From positions 9,889,048-9,953,047 of the forward strand of contig JAHRHZ010000051.1 in the NCBI GenBank assembly GCA_024137785.1: a stretch of 64,000 nt of DNA. The letters run 5' to 3'. Source of the stretch: Ginglymostoma cirratum. Its lineage: Eukaryota. The notes beneath the pieces are model-generated. The model worked only from the letters and a program-made list of their open reading frames with translations, made no database searches and was not told where the DNA came from. Positions 49,651 to 62,749 of the stretch are shown piece by piece (positions within the stretch are counted from its first letter, which is position 1; every line of letters begins with the position of its first letter). Both the position numbers and the translations under genes were made by a program.

Positions 49651-50394
49651 AGCAAACAATGTATGTGTACTTTTAGAAAAACTCAATCCTGGAGTCTAAT
49701 GGACATTTAGAAGTGCAGGGATATCTGATCAGAACTTAACGTTATTTGTTACAATTTTGTTCTCTTCCATTTGATTTGGGGGAGTGAGACAACAACATGT
49801 GAAGCTTGCTAACAGAGATTAATATGTAAAAAAACACACAGGCACTGAGGAAAGTGCTTTACTGGGAAAGGGAGTGGTCACATAGAACGCCTCACAGTTT
49901 TGACACTGTATGGCCAAAACAAACCGTACTAATTGTTAATCATGGATTCCACATGCAGTGTTTATTTAATTTGGATGTTCACAATCGCAATTAGGTGTTA
50001 CAAGAGTAGGCATAGAAAAGTAAAAAAAAACAAATTGGAGTGGAATTAGTTTAATGGAAAAAGAACTGAATCACATAGTGGTTTACCCACTGCAATGCCT
50101 ATTATACATAACACTAGAAAGTCGAAAGAAAACTTGGGATTAGTGTTTTCCAGCGGAGTTGCTGATACATGGAAATACTTCCAGTTGAAGTAATTCACAT
50201 AATTAAAAAACTAGGGGGTTCAAAAAGTGGTTCAAAGTTAATAACTAGATTCAGATGATTATAAAACTGATGGGGACTTGCTCATAATTTAGCTAGTTTT
50301 GTGTTGACATTGTCTGAATGGGCACAAATGCACAATTATTTTCTCAGTGATCAAAAACATTGAGCTTTGGTCAAATCATGTTGGGTTGTCAGTA

Positions 50395-50655
50395 AAATAA
50401 AACAAGAAAAACTGTGGATGCTAGAGATCTGAAACACAAAAATCTGAAATTGCTGGAGAAATTAAGCAGGTCTGGTAGCATCTGTGAAAACAGAGTTAAC
50501 ATTTCAAGGGCAATAACTCTCCTTCAGAGCAGAAGGGTCACAGGACTCAAAAAGTTAACTGTTTTCTTTTCACAGATGCTGCCCTCGAAATGTTAACTCT
50601 GTTTTCACAGATGCTACCAGACTTGATGAGTTTCTCCAGCATTTTCTGTTTTTGT
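50395..50655. mobile_element. Fold-back Penelope-associated element upstream of the KLF10 promoter
   Basis: Inverted arms at 50451-50512 and 50580-50641, with decayed head-to-head hammerhead halves between them. Confidence 0.8.
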
Positions 50656-51184
50656 GTGTGTTGGGCCACCACGTCTGATGAATAGCCAGCAAGACCAGGT
50701 AGAAATGTGTGTGGATGTTGGCTGAAACTGAATCCAGCTTTCTGTAATGCCCTTAAATTGATACCCAACACACACTGTTATGGTTTATGTAATAATAGAG
50801 CAGGCAGTGAGGATTCTTTTGGAATATATTGAAGAGGGAAAATGAGGGAATTGTAAGGAAATGATAAAAAGGACAACAGTATTGGGACCATATTGTGAAG
50901 ATGTGTCAATGAACCAACAGAATGTCACTGGGAGTATTTAAGAAGTAAGATGACGCTGTGAAGTTACATTGGATGGTGAGAGCATTTCCAAAGAGGTGGA
51001 GTAGAGAACGATAAGGGACTGACCTGCAGAATGCAATGTGATTAAGATGAGAGATAGGAGAGGGAGAAGAGAATGATTGCTCTTCACTGACTGAGAACAG
51101 ACTAGATGAGAATGAGAAGAAAAGACAAGAGCAAATGTAGTCAAAGAGGTAATTGAGGGTGGGGGGTTCTTCTGGCATTTTGTT

Positions 51185-53130
51185 CATAAAATCATAGGAA
51201 ATAGGAGCAGAAGCAGGCCATTTGGCCCTTCAAGCCTTCTCCACCATTCAGTATGTTCATGGCTGATTATCCAACTCAATGGCATGTTTCCACTTTCTTC
51301 CCACAACCTTTGATCCCTTTAGCCCTAAGATTTATATCTAACTCCTTCTTGTAAACGTTCGATGTTTTGTCCTCAACCACTTTCTGCAACAAAGAAAGCC
51401 AAAGGCTCATCACTCTTTGCGTGAAGAAATTTCTCATAATCTCAGTCCTAAATGGCGTACCACTGTATCCTTAGACAGTGACCCCTGGTTCTAGACCCAT
51501 GGTCATCAAAAACATCAGTCCTGCCTTTACTAGGTCTAGACCTGTTAGAATTCTATAGGTTTTTATGGGATTTCCCCCTCATTCTTCTAACCTCCAACAA
51601 ATAAAGTCCGAATGGATCCAACTCCTTTTCATACTTCAGTTGTGCTGTCCCAGGAATCAGTGTAGTAAACCTTAGTTGCACTCCCTCCATAGCCGGAACA
51701 TCCTTCCTCAAATAAGGAGACCAAAACTGCTGCACCCAATACTCCAAGTGTTGTCTCACCAGGGCCCTGTATAATTGCGTTGAGACATCCCTGCTTCTGT
51801 ACTTAAATCCTCTCGCTATGAAGGCCAACATACTATTTTTCTTCTTCAGCACCTGCTGCACCTGCGTGCTTACTTTCAGAGACTGGTGTGTTAGGACATC
51901 AGGTCTCATTGCACATCCTCCTTTCCCGGTCTATTGCTATTCAAATAATAATCTGCCTTTCTGTTTTTTTGTTACGAAAGTGATATTTATTCACATTATA
52001 CTTTGTCTGCCACTCATATGCCCACTCACTCAACTTGTTCAAATCACACTGATGCATCTCTGCATCCACCTCACAGTGCACCCTCCTACCCAGCTTTGTG
52101 CCATCTGCAAACTTGGAGATACTGATATTACATTTAGTTCCCTTGTCTAAATCATTAATGTATATTGGAAATAGCTGGTGTCCAAGCACTGATCCCTGCG
52201 GTACCCCACCATTCACTGGCTGCCACTCGGAAAATGACCTGTTTATTCCTACTCATTGTTTCATGTCTGTCAACCAGCTCATGTTAGTATCCATGTTAGT
52301 ACACTACCCTGTTAGTACACTCCCCCCAGTTCCATGTACTTCCATGTGTTGATCTCTTACATGAGACCTCAGGGAAAGCTTTCTGGAAGGCTAAGTAAAC
52401 CATTTCCACTGGCGCTCCCTGATCAATTCTACTATTACATCCTTGAAGAATTCCAGTGCGTTTGTCAAGCATGAGTTCCCTTTCATAAATCCATGCTGAC
52501 TCTTCTCAATCCTGGCACTGTTTTCCAAGTTCTCTGCTATTATATCTTTTCTAATGTCCTCTAGAATTTTCCCTACTACTGATGTCAGGCAAATCTGTCT
52601 ATAATTTCCTGCTGTCTCTCTACCTCTCTGTTTCTGTCTTATTTAAATACAGGGTTACATTAACCAACCTTCAATCCATAGCGGCCATTGTTCCCCTTTA
52701 TAACGTTTTCTATTTCTGAATATAAGGGACCTACATGTGTCTCCACTACTCTTCTTCTTCACATACTTATAAAGGCTTTTACTAACGGTTTGTGTGGTCA
52801 CCATAAGCTTACTCTCATATTCTCTTTTCCCCCTCTTAATTAATTTCTTTGTTCTCCTTTGCTGAAATCCAAACTGCTCTCAATCCTCAGGTCTGCTTCT
52901 TTTTTGGACCAATTTATTCACCCAACCATTGAATCCAATATTATCCTTAATTTTCACTTGTTAGCCATGTCTGAGCCACCTTTCTTGTTTTTTTTTGTGC
53001 CAGACAAGAATGAACAATCATTGAAGTGTGCTCGTTAAATGTTTATCATTGTCTATCTACCATTATTCCTTTAAGTAACATCCCCCAGCTTACGCCTCAT
53101 ACAGGCATAGTTTCTTTATTTAGATTCAGG
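51185..53130 (-). mobile_element. CR1 LINE fragment (RT and 3' end)
   Basis: [32 protein letters not shown] (ORFs 51941-52216 and 51553-51909). Confidence 0.9.
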
Positions 53131-53867
53131 ACCCTTTTGACCATTTGGCTTCAAGTGGCAGAGAGATCTTTTTGTGGAGGCCATTGCCAGATGATTGGAT
53201 GGGTTGAAGTCAATTCTGGAATCAATATATCTGGAAAGCATTTTAATTTGGGGACGATTGATGTTGTTAATTCCATACGACTTACATTCTGGTGTCTATG
53301 ATCTATATGAGTTATTTTTTCAAAATTCACTAATATTTCATGTATTTGTTTATTTTATATTAATGTCTTATATATATATAATGTGATAAATGTGTATTTT
53401 GTTCTGTTTCATTATTTTCTATGTACTTAGAAGAGGGGTAATTGTTGGCATAGTGTTTCAGAAGTCCAAGCTGTTGAATATCATTTAACGTCTAATGTTG
53501 AAAACAGAGAATAGAATGAAACAGTAAGTAGAAACAAAAGATGAACCAGGAAAGACACACTTGGGACTGAAAAAGTAATTACCCTCCTGAGAAAAAGAAC
53601 AGTGAAAACCAAATCGAAAGGGGGACACGTGGTCAGAAGAAGCCAAAGTGGCTGACTAATCATTTCTGAGGTCAAGTAAAATGTGAACTCAAATGTTTCA
53701 GTGAATAAGAGACATTTATTAGTCAACAGTCAGAGTTGAGATGATTGCGGAAGTACTCGGAAAAGCCTTTGTAGTTATCATAGAGACAGAAATTGTTAAA
53801 GGTTGCATTGAGCTTTTCAAGGATAGATTTCAAAGGACTCAATAGGCATGATGGTAATATTAATTGG

Positions 53868-54147
53868 CACTTTGCATCACTCTTCACACCTAAGAACAAT
53901 GTTTAACTATTAAAATTGAACACATTTAATAATAGTTAGTAATAATAAACAGATGGACATATTGTTTGAGAAAGAATTGACAATTTGAAAATCGATGGTA
54001 GCTGGTTGGCACTTGCCTGAGAATCATTGCGAAGATGGGACATGTGCCGTACTAGTCAGTAGTTATATTTTTAGCGGCTCAAATTCATGACAGTACATCA
54101 ACAGACATTGTCCAGTTAGACTTCCAAAAAGCTTTTAATAAGGGACT
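53868..54147 (+). repeat. Copy 1 of a ~280-bp local direct duplication (part of an old CR1 at about 53430-54510)
   Basis: Colinear with 54869-55149 and ends in a DFQKAF.K motif. Confidence 0.9.
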
Positions 54148-54868
54148 ACACAGGAGGCTTTTTACAAGACTGGTGAAGAAGGTGAAGAAAGAAAGATTGT
54201 TCAACTTTCTAGTCTTGACATCTCTAAAGGAACATCAGCAATACTATGAAGTGATAGATTGAAAAAGTTACTAGGATGCATTCAGGAATAATTGATAATA
54301 AGACAGGATATACTATTTTGCCCTTGTACAAGAATTTAGTCAGGTCTCAGATGAAATAGGTTCAATTTTGGTCTCCTCACATGGTGGATGCTTCTGGGGC
54401 TCTGGAATAAGTGCAGATGAAGCTTACTAGATTCGTTCATAGTATAAAGCAACTTAGTTATCAAGGTAGCTTAAATGAGCTCAGACTCTGCACTTCAGAC
54501 AAGCATAGTCTAAGGACGGAGGTCTCATAGTGCAGTAGTTGGTATCACTGCATCCAGTATCTACCTGTCAGACAGTAAGAGTGAGAGAGCTCCTGGCCAT
54601 CATGCTTGGTGCAGAATCAAGCTACAGCCTCTGATGACAGGCTAGTGATCTTCCAGATAAAACTGGTGATGGAAAAAGCTATAGATGTGCTTTGTCTGTC
54701 TCTTGAGTCATTCCCTCCACCACCGACGCTCGGTAGCAGCAATGTTGTACTTTCTTTAAGAGGCACTGCAGAACTTCACCAAGTCTCTGAGCACTTCCAA
54801 ATCCACGGCCAACGTAACTTATAAGGTCAAGAGTGGCAGATATGGGAAAACCACCACCTGTAAGTGAT

Positions 54869-55149
54869 CACTTTTCATCAGTCTTCACACCTAAGGACAA
54901 TGTTTAACTATTAGAATGAACAGATTAAATAATAAAGTTGACAATAATGAACAGGTGGACTTATTATTTTGGAAAGAATTGATAATTTGAAAATCGATGG
55001 TATCTGGTTGACACGTGCCCGAGAATCATTGAGGAGATGGGACATGAGCCATGCCAGTCCTTAGTTGTATTTTTAACAGCTTAAATACCTGTCAGTACAT
55101 CAACGGACACTCTTTATTCAGACTTCCAAAAAACTTTTGATAAGGGACT
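54869..55149 (+). repeat. Copy 2 of the duplication, interrupting a SINE/LINE tail (54760-55380)
   Basis: The host reads ...accaccacctgtaagt | insert | ...aagtgcccctctaggccttcactatcctgactgggaaatatattgcc. Confidence 0.9.
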
Positions 55150-56583
55150 TATCAAAGTGCCCCTCTAGGCCTTCACTATCCTGACTGGGAAATATATTGC
55201 CATTCCTTTGGTGGCGCTGGGTCAGAATCCTGGAATTCTCCCTAATGGCATTGTGGATCGCCTTCAGCACATGGATTGCAAGAATTCAAGAAGGCAGCTC
55301 ACCAGCATCTTTTCAAATAGGGACAGGCAATAAATACTGGCCCAATCAGTGAAGCTCCTGTTCCATGATGAATTTAAAAAAAATCGCAGACACATAAATG
55401 TCTGGGCTAAAGTTAAGTTATTAGTTTAAAAAGAGCAACATGTTTTCAATAAGATATCATGCTCTAAGAATCCCAATAGAGATGGAATATTAAACCTTTG
55501 TACTCTCAGATCACATGCTCTGAAAAGTGATGACAGAATGAGGCTCTTTTTTAAAGGTAAACTGAAATATTGGTCTCGAAATGTAATACAATAAGGAGGA
55601 CAAAGGGTCAGAACCGTGAGTTGTATAACACCAAATCTAGGTTAGATATAGAGAGATGAAAGAGTGGATCTCTGAACAGACAGCCATCTGACTGACAGGT
55701 CACCAAACTCCTTCAAGGGGGAATTGGTCCAGTTTCTGCCTAAGGCAAGTAGATATTGCAGGGAATTCAGAGCCAGAGAGATATCTTTGACGTATCTTGA
55801 CCAGTTAAAGGAAATTTTCCAGATTCTTTCCTTTCGGTAGGCTTGGATTTTTAATCTGCCTTTCTATCTCTCCCAAGAGGTCACATGGATTAGCATAGCG
55901 GGGAGAGTGTTAATACTGTGATTCACAAGGCATCATAATAGTGTGGGACAGGACAGTGGACCATTGCTCATCTCATTGTCTGTTTCAAATGCAGGAGAAT
56001 AGAATTGAGAGGAACACAACATGGCCTCAAAGAATATGCTTTCCTTTCATTTGGCTGGAAAGTAGGAAGAAAGTGGAACATATATGGTAAGATTCATAAA
56101 TAGTTTTAGTTGTGACATGCAAGATTAATAAATCATTAGTCATACGTGTTCCAAATAAGCATCCCAGTTGGCTGCTGTCCACAAGTCCTGGACACCCAGT
56201 GAGATGCAAGCTTGAATGGTTGAGCTTCACAGCTGTGCCCACAAAATTTAATCTTCCCATTTTCCTACAAAACAAATGTTGCTGCATATCAAATCTATTA
56301 AATATGTGTGAAATACAATGCAACTTTTCCAAGAGACGTATAAAATGCTTGCTGTGCGGAAGGCTGCCAGGTTTCCCGACAGGAGACATTGATTTGTTGA
56401 AGCTTCTGTATTTAAAGGAACCCCATGGAGTGACAGAATGGAAACTTCCTACAAGTACCACCTGAGAGCTAGCAATAGGAATGGTGCAACTCAAGGAGAT
56501 TCCTACGTATTCCATTCGTCACATTCATAGCTCGCTTCTTGAAGAAAGAATACCAGGGAGAGGCAAAGAACCCAGAACTGGCC

Positions 56584-56817
56584 ATCCTGTCATAGCCACC
56601 CTGACCACTATCTAGGTAAAAAAAATACAGCTAAGCAGAGTCATAGAATGTGCAGTGTCAGATTATTGCTAAACCACTTTGCAAACAACAGTCAATGTTG
56701 TGACTTAGGTGTCAGCTGCAGCTCAGTTAGCAATAATCAGACACTGCACATTCTATGACTCTGCTCAGGTGTATTTTCTTTTGACCTAGACAGTGGTCAG
56801 GGTGACTATGACAGGAT
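56584..56817. repeat. Inverted repeat, ~90-bp arms with 54-nt spacer
   Basis: 56584-56672 is the reverse complement of 56727-56817 with few mismatches. Confidence 0.92.
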
Positions 56818-57214
56818 TCTTGATCAGCAGGGGAAATTGTGGATTGTGGAGAAAGGACAGGCAAGTGGACATGAGGAGTGTTGGATCAGCCATGCTCCTA
56901 TTGAATGGTGTAGCAGGCACAAGAGGACAAATGGCCTACACCTGTTCCCATTTCTTAGTGTCTTATGGGCTTAACAATGGTGGCAGTTCCTCCATACGCT
57001 GTTTAAACATTTGCCATTGCCTATTCACTGTCATCCCTTTAAATAGCGTTCCCCAATTTATCATAGCCAGAACTGTGCAACTGAATTTCTGTGGAGAATG
57101 CGATGTGTGGAAGTGTACAGGGAAATGTACATCACTTTCTCTACTTTGGAGTATAAGCTACATACAAAAAGAAAATAGTCGTTAGGATTGGTACTGCTTT
57201 TACTCAAAGTTTAA

Positions 57215-59954
57215 AACATGAAACCTCTCCCTCCTACAAGCCAAAGTCCCTACTTGCTTCAGGAAGACCACCACCATCCCAGTACCAATGAAAGCACATG
57301 CAATGTGTCTTAATAACTGTTGCTCAGTGGCTCTGACCTCCATAATCGTGAAGTACTTCAAGAGGCTGGTTATGGTCCACATCAACTCAGCCTGCCTCGA
57401 TCCCCTGCAATTTGCCTACTGGTGCAACGACACTATTTCCCTCGACCTGCACTCATCCCTGCAACACCTGAACAATACGGACACATACGTCAGACTCCTA
57501 CTCATCAACTACAGCTCCACCTTCAACATCATTATCTCCTCCAGACTGATCTCAGTCACCTCCAGAGTAGGTCTCGGCACTGCCCTCTGCAACTGGATCC
57601 TTAGCTTCCTGATGCACAGACCGCAGTCAGTGAAGATAGACAACTGAACTTCCTCCATGATAACCCTCAACACTGGAGCGCCCCAAGGATGCGTTCTCAG
57701 CCCCCTACTGTACTCCCTATACACTCATAACTATGAAGTGAAATTCCAAACAAGCGCCGTCTACAAGTTTGCTGACAACACCACTGTGGTAGGATGAATG
57801 TCAAGCAACGATGAGTGTGAATGCAGAAAGGAGATAGGATGCTTGGTGTCATGGTGCAATGGTAACAACTTCTCTCTCAATGTCGGCAAAACAAAAGAAC
57901 TGATCATTGACTTCTGCAAGAAAGAAGGAGAACGCGCCCCCATCTACATCAACAGAGCTGAGGTTGAGAGAACATAGAACATAGAACACTACAGCACAGT
58001 ATAGGCCCTTCAGCCCACGATGTTGTGTCGAACTTTTACCCTAAACGTAAGGTCTATCTAACCTCCACCCCTACCTTATACTATCATCCATATGCCAATC
58101 TAATAGCCGCTTAAATGCCCTAATGAGGTTGACTCCACTATCTTCTCCGGCAATGCTTTCCACGCCCTGACCACTCTCTGAGTAAAGAACCTACCTCTGA
58201 CGTCTCCCCTATATCTACCTCCACTCACTTTAAAACTATGTCCCCTCATAATAGCTACCTCCACCCTAGGAAAAAGTCTCTGGCTGTCCACTCTATCTAT
58301 ACCTCTGATCATTTTGTACACCTCTATCAAGTCACCTCTCATTCTTCGTCGTTCTAAAGAGAAAAGCCCTAGCTCTCTCAACCTTACCTCGTAAGACCTT
58401 CCCTCCATTCCAGGCAACATCCTCGTAAATCTCCTCTGCACCTTTTCCAACACTTCCACATCTTTCCTGTAATGAGGCGACCAGAACTGGACACAATACT
58501 CCAGATGTGGCCAAACCAGGCTTTTGTATAGCTGGAGTATAACTTCACGGCTCTTGAACTCAATCCCTCTATTCTTAACAACTCTATCCACCTGGGTGGC
58601 AGCTTTCAGGGAACTGTGGACATGAACCCCAAAATCCCTCTGCTCCTCCACACTGCCAAGAATCTTTCTGTTAACCTTGTATTCTGCTTTCAAATTTGTC
58701 CTTCCAAAATGAATCACCTCACACTTTTCAGGGTTAAACTCCATCTACCACTTCTCAGCCCAGCTCTGCATCCTATCAATGTCCCTTTGTAACCTAGAAC
58801 AGCCCTCCGCACTATCCACAACTCAACCCACCGTCATATCATCCGTGAACTTACTAATCCACCCTTCCACTCCTACATCCAAATCATTTACAAAAATCAC
58901 AAATAGAAGAGGACCCAGAACAGATCCTTGTGGTACACCACTCGTAACTGAGCACCGTGTTGAATATTATCCGTCCACTGTCACCCATTGTCTTCTAAGG
59001 GTCAGCCAATTCTGAATCCAATCTGCCACATTTCCCCCTATCCCATGCCTCCTTACTTTCTGCATGAGCCTACCATGGGGAATTTTATCAAATGCCTTAC
59101 TTAAATCCATGTATACCACATCCACTGGTCTACCTTCATCCACGTGTTTGGTCACCTCTTCAAAGAATTCAATAAGGTTTGTGAGGCATGATCTACCCCT
59201 CACAAATCCATGCTGATTATCATGAATCAAACTGTGCCTATCCAAGTGATCATAATTCCTATCTCTCAGAGCCCTTTCCAATAATTTACCCACGAGGTTT
59301 GAGAGCTTTAAGTTTCCAGGAGTGACAATAACCGACAACATGTTCTGGACTTCCCACATAGATGTGACAATCAAGAAGGCACAATAATACCGCTTCTTCC
59401 TCAGGTGGCTTAGGAAACTTTACATGCCCATCAGGACCCTCACCAACTTTTACAGATTCACCATAGAAAGCATACTATCCGGGTGCATAATAATGGCCTA
59501 GTAACGCAACTGCTCTGCCCAGGACCATAAGAAACTTCAGAAGATTGTGTGCACAGCCTGCACCATCACAGCAGTCAACCTTCCATCCATGGAGTCCATT
59601 TACACTTCTTGCTGCAGCAGAAAGGCTGCCAACATCATCAAAGACCCCTCCCACCTGATAATGCTCTCCTACATTCTCTTCCATCGGGCAGAAGATACAG
59701 AAGCTTAAACACATATACCAACAGATTCGAGAACAGCTTCTTCCCTGCTGTTATTAGATTGCCGAATAGACTTTCTGACTTCAAATAGTGTGGATCTTGT
59801 TAATGTTGATCAGTGCAACCTGTATGTCTTGCTCTGTCTAAGCACCCCGTCATCTGTATGCCCTTGCTTACTATAATCTACCTGTACTGCTCGCAACAAA
59901 AGCTTTTCACTGTACTTAGGTAAATGTGACTACAATAAGTCAAATCAAATCAAA
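57215..59954 (+). mobile_element. Rex1/Babar-type LINE, 5'-truncated and split by a nested CR1
   Basis: VALTSIIVKYFKRLV, LDPLQFAY, TGAPQGCVLSPLLYSLYT, KFADNTTVVG; after the insertion LPSGRRYRSL..TNRFENSFFPAVIRL; (TCAAA)n tail. Confidence 0.88.
57971..59292 (-). mobile_element. Relatively young nested CR1
   Basis: 214-aa ORF 58100-58744 and ORF 58967-59374 (QHGFVRGRSCLTNL, YMDLSKAFDK); (AACATAG)n terminus; flanks gaggttgagag and gaggtttgagag. Confidence 0.93.
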
Positions 59955-60219
59955 CCTTGCCATTTCATTACTTCAGCCTATCAATTGGATTTTTGAACCT
60001 TTTAAAAATTATAGATATCTATGGAGGTTGCAACAACGAAGACTTTGTTCGTAGTGGTCCCACTCTTACCCCTTGCATTCTACTTGACTCAGTTAAAGTG
60101 CACATGATGCATCCTGATGGCTCAGTCTGGCCTTGCTCAGGGCTAAGTGGGGCAGTCCTAACTGGGGTCTTCAGGAGCTGCGTCAGTGGATGTCAGTCAT
60201 GAGTATTCCTGACTCTGGC

Positions 60220-61620
60220 AATATTCCCTCTGGTTTTAGAGTTCCACAAAAAGAACAATCTCTCTACATCTACCCTTGTCAAGTACTCCAAGAATGTTAT
60301 ATGTTTCAATAAGATCACCTCTGATTTTTCTATGTTCCAATGAGAACAGGCCAAATCTACTCATAAGATAGTTTTCCATACCAATATCAGCCTAGTGAGC
60401 CTTCTCTGGGCTGCCACCAATGCCAGTATGTCTTTCATTAGATGAAGTGCCCAAAACTGTTCACAGTGTTCCGGATGTGGTCTGACTAGTGCCATGTATA
60501 GTTTTAGCAAAACCTTTTATACTCCATTCTTTAGAAATAAAGGCCAACATTCCATTTGTCTATTATCCTCTGAATTTAAATGTACCTTTTTTTTGTAATT
60601 CATGGATGAAGTTTCCCAAATCCGTCTGTTCTGTAGCCCTCTGCAATCTTTCTCCATTTCAATAATATTTATCTCATCTATTCTTTCTGTCAAAGTGCAT
60701 ACTCTCATATTTTCTTACATTGTATTCTATCTACAAAGTGTTTGCCCACTGGCGTAACCCACCTATATCCTTCTAGAAACTCTTGTGTTATCCTCGTAAC
60801 ATGCCTTCCGACCTATTTTTGTGTCGTTGTAAACTTTGCAATAGTGTATTCACTTGCCTCATCCAAGTCATTAATATATACATCGTAAATAATTGTGGCC
60901 CCAGCACTTATACCTGTGGCACACCATTAGTTACACGTTGCCATCCTGAAAATGCCCCTTATCTCAATTCTCTGTCTTCAATTAGTTGGCCAAACTAATA
61001 TTCTACCTCCAACACCATGTCTCTTATTAAATAGATTAAGAATTCAGCCTGCTGAGAATTCAAATATATTACATCCGCTGCTCTTCCTTCATCTATCCTG
61101 CTTATTACATCTTCAAATAATTCTAATAAATTTGTCAGACATAGTCTCCACTTCATGAAGCAATGTGTACTCTGCTTGATCATATTATGTATTTCTAAGT
61201 GCTCTGCTATTACATCCTTTAAAATAGACACATATTAGGCTAATTGGCCAATAGTTACCTGTTTCTTGTCCCCTTTCCTTTTTAAATAAAGATGTTTCTT
61301 TGGCAGTTTTCCAGTCCTCTGGGGCTTTTCCAGAACCTAAGAATTTCTGGAAAATTACTTTTGCTTCATCTATTATCCCTGTAGCTACGTCCTGCTATCC
61401 ATGTAGCTACTTCCTTTAATATTGTAAGATGAATTCCATCAGGCCTTTAGAGTCAGTCTTTAGCCCATTTGGTTTCCCTCATATTTTTCCTGTAGTGACA
61501 ATTAGTTACTTATTTCCAGTCCTCCTGTTGTTACTTGAATATTTAGTAATTTTGGAATGCTTTTGTTGTGAAGGCTGATAGAAAATACTTATTCAACTCC
61601 TCTACTATTTCCTGGTTTTT
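60220..61620 (-). mobile_element. Degraded CR1 fragment
   Basis: LCLTNLLELFEDV (ORF 60995-61231) and reverse-strand GVPQ...LGPQL motifs. Confidence 0.8.
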
Positions 61621-61910
61621 ATTTTCTTATTGATCTTTTAATTACAACTTATATTTATTTTTAAAACATATACAGACAGAAATGATTTAAAATGAAAATT
61701 TTGATCAATCTAATTCAGCGATTGCCCTGAAGGCATAGGTAGATTATCCTCAGTCATGAGGGAGACTCTACAATGTCATTTGATGTGTGTCAAGGTGTTG
61801 TCAAGGCAAAGGACTTCACAGGGAGAATTGTGCTGCAAACTGAACTATAATCTCCCATGAGTTATGTTGGACTGTAAATATAATGAGAGAAGTGATCGCA
61901 GTCTGTGTGA

Positions 61911-62110
61911 GAATCATAGAATCCCTACAGTGTGGAATTGGGCCATTTGGCCCATTAAGTCCACACTAACCTCCAAATAGCATCCCACCCAGACCCACCA
62001 CCCCTACCCTACTCCTATAACCGTGCATTTCCCATGGCTAATCCACTGAGCCTGCACATCAAGGGACACTATGGGTAATTCAGCATGGTCAATCCGCCTA
62101 AGCTGTACGA
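61911..62110 (-). mobile_element. HE1-like SINE 3' part
   Basis: Homologous to 22292-22480. Confidence 0.8.
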
Positions 62111-62749
62111 GACATATTTGTTTTTTGCTTTCAAGAATAGACAGTGAAAGGGGTTGTAAACTAAGTTCAACGCTGGTGGTATAGTGGGCAAATGTGTGTT
62201 GTTTGAAAAACACAGCCGAGAAAAACCTATGCTGCAGGTGAAAAGAAAGCAAGTCTATCTCTCTCTTCGCTGGAAGCAAGAAACCAAGTGAAACCGCCGG
62301 TGAGAGGAAACAGTACAAAGGCTTTTCTGCCAGTCTGCAGCTAAGGACCTCAAAATCAACTGCTCACCTATCAATATCAGCATTACCAGTAACATCCAAC
62401 ACAATGGCTGAAAAGTCATATTTAGAACACAGAGGCTGATTCAAATGTCTTTTTTGAACTTTTATTTTGCTTTGTACTCTAATTTGTGTGCTGCACTATT
62501 ATTTTTTCTTGTATTGAGTAGCTAATAATACATTAAATCAATAGTTCACTCACTTGTTCATTAAATCAAGAAAGCCCGTTTAAATGAGCTCAGTTTATAT
62601 AAGTAAATACATGTTTATTTTGATTCTGGGAAGAAAAGAATCTACAAGAGTTCCTTTTAAAATTAACTGTATTGTGACAAAGCAAGGGGGTGGGTGAATA
62701 ATTAAGAGGACTGGCTGTAATATGAGTGGCTGTTAATCCTGAGCTCTTT

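Noticed and set aside
62110-62680. Possible solo LTR ending in ...tgtgaca
   Set aside because: The composition is suggestive, but I could not define a 5' end, TSD or second copy.
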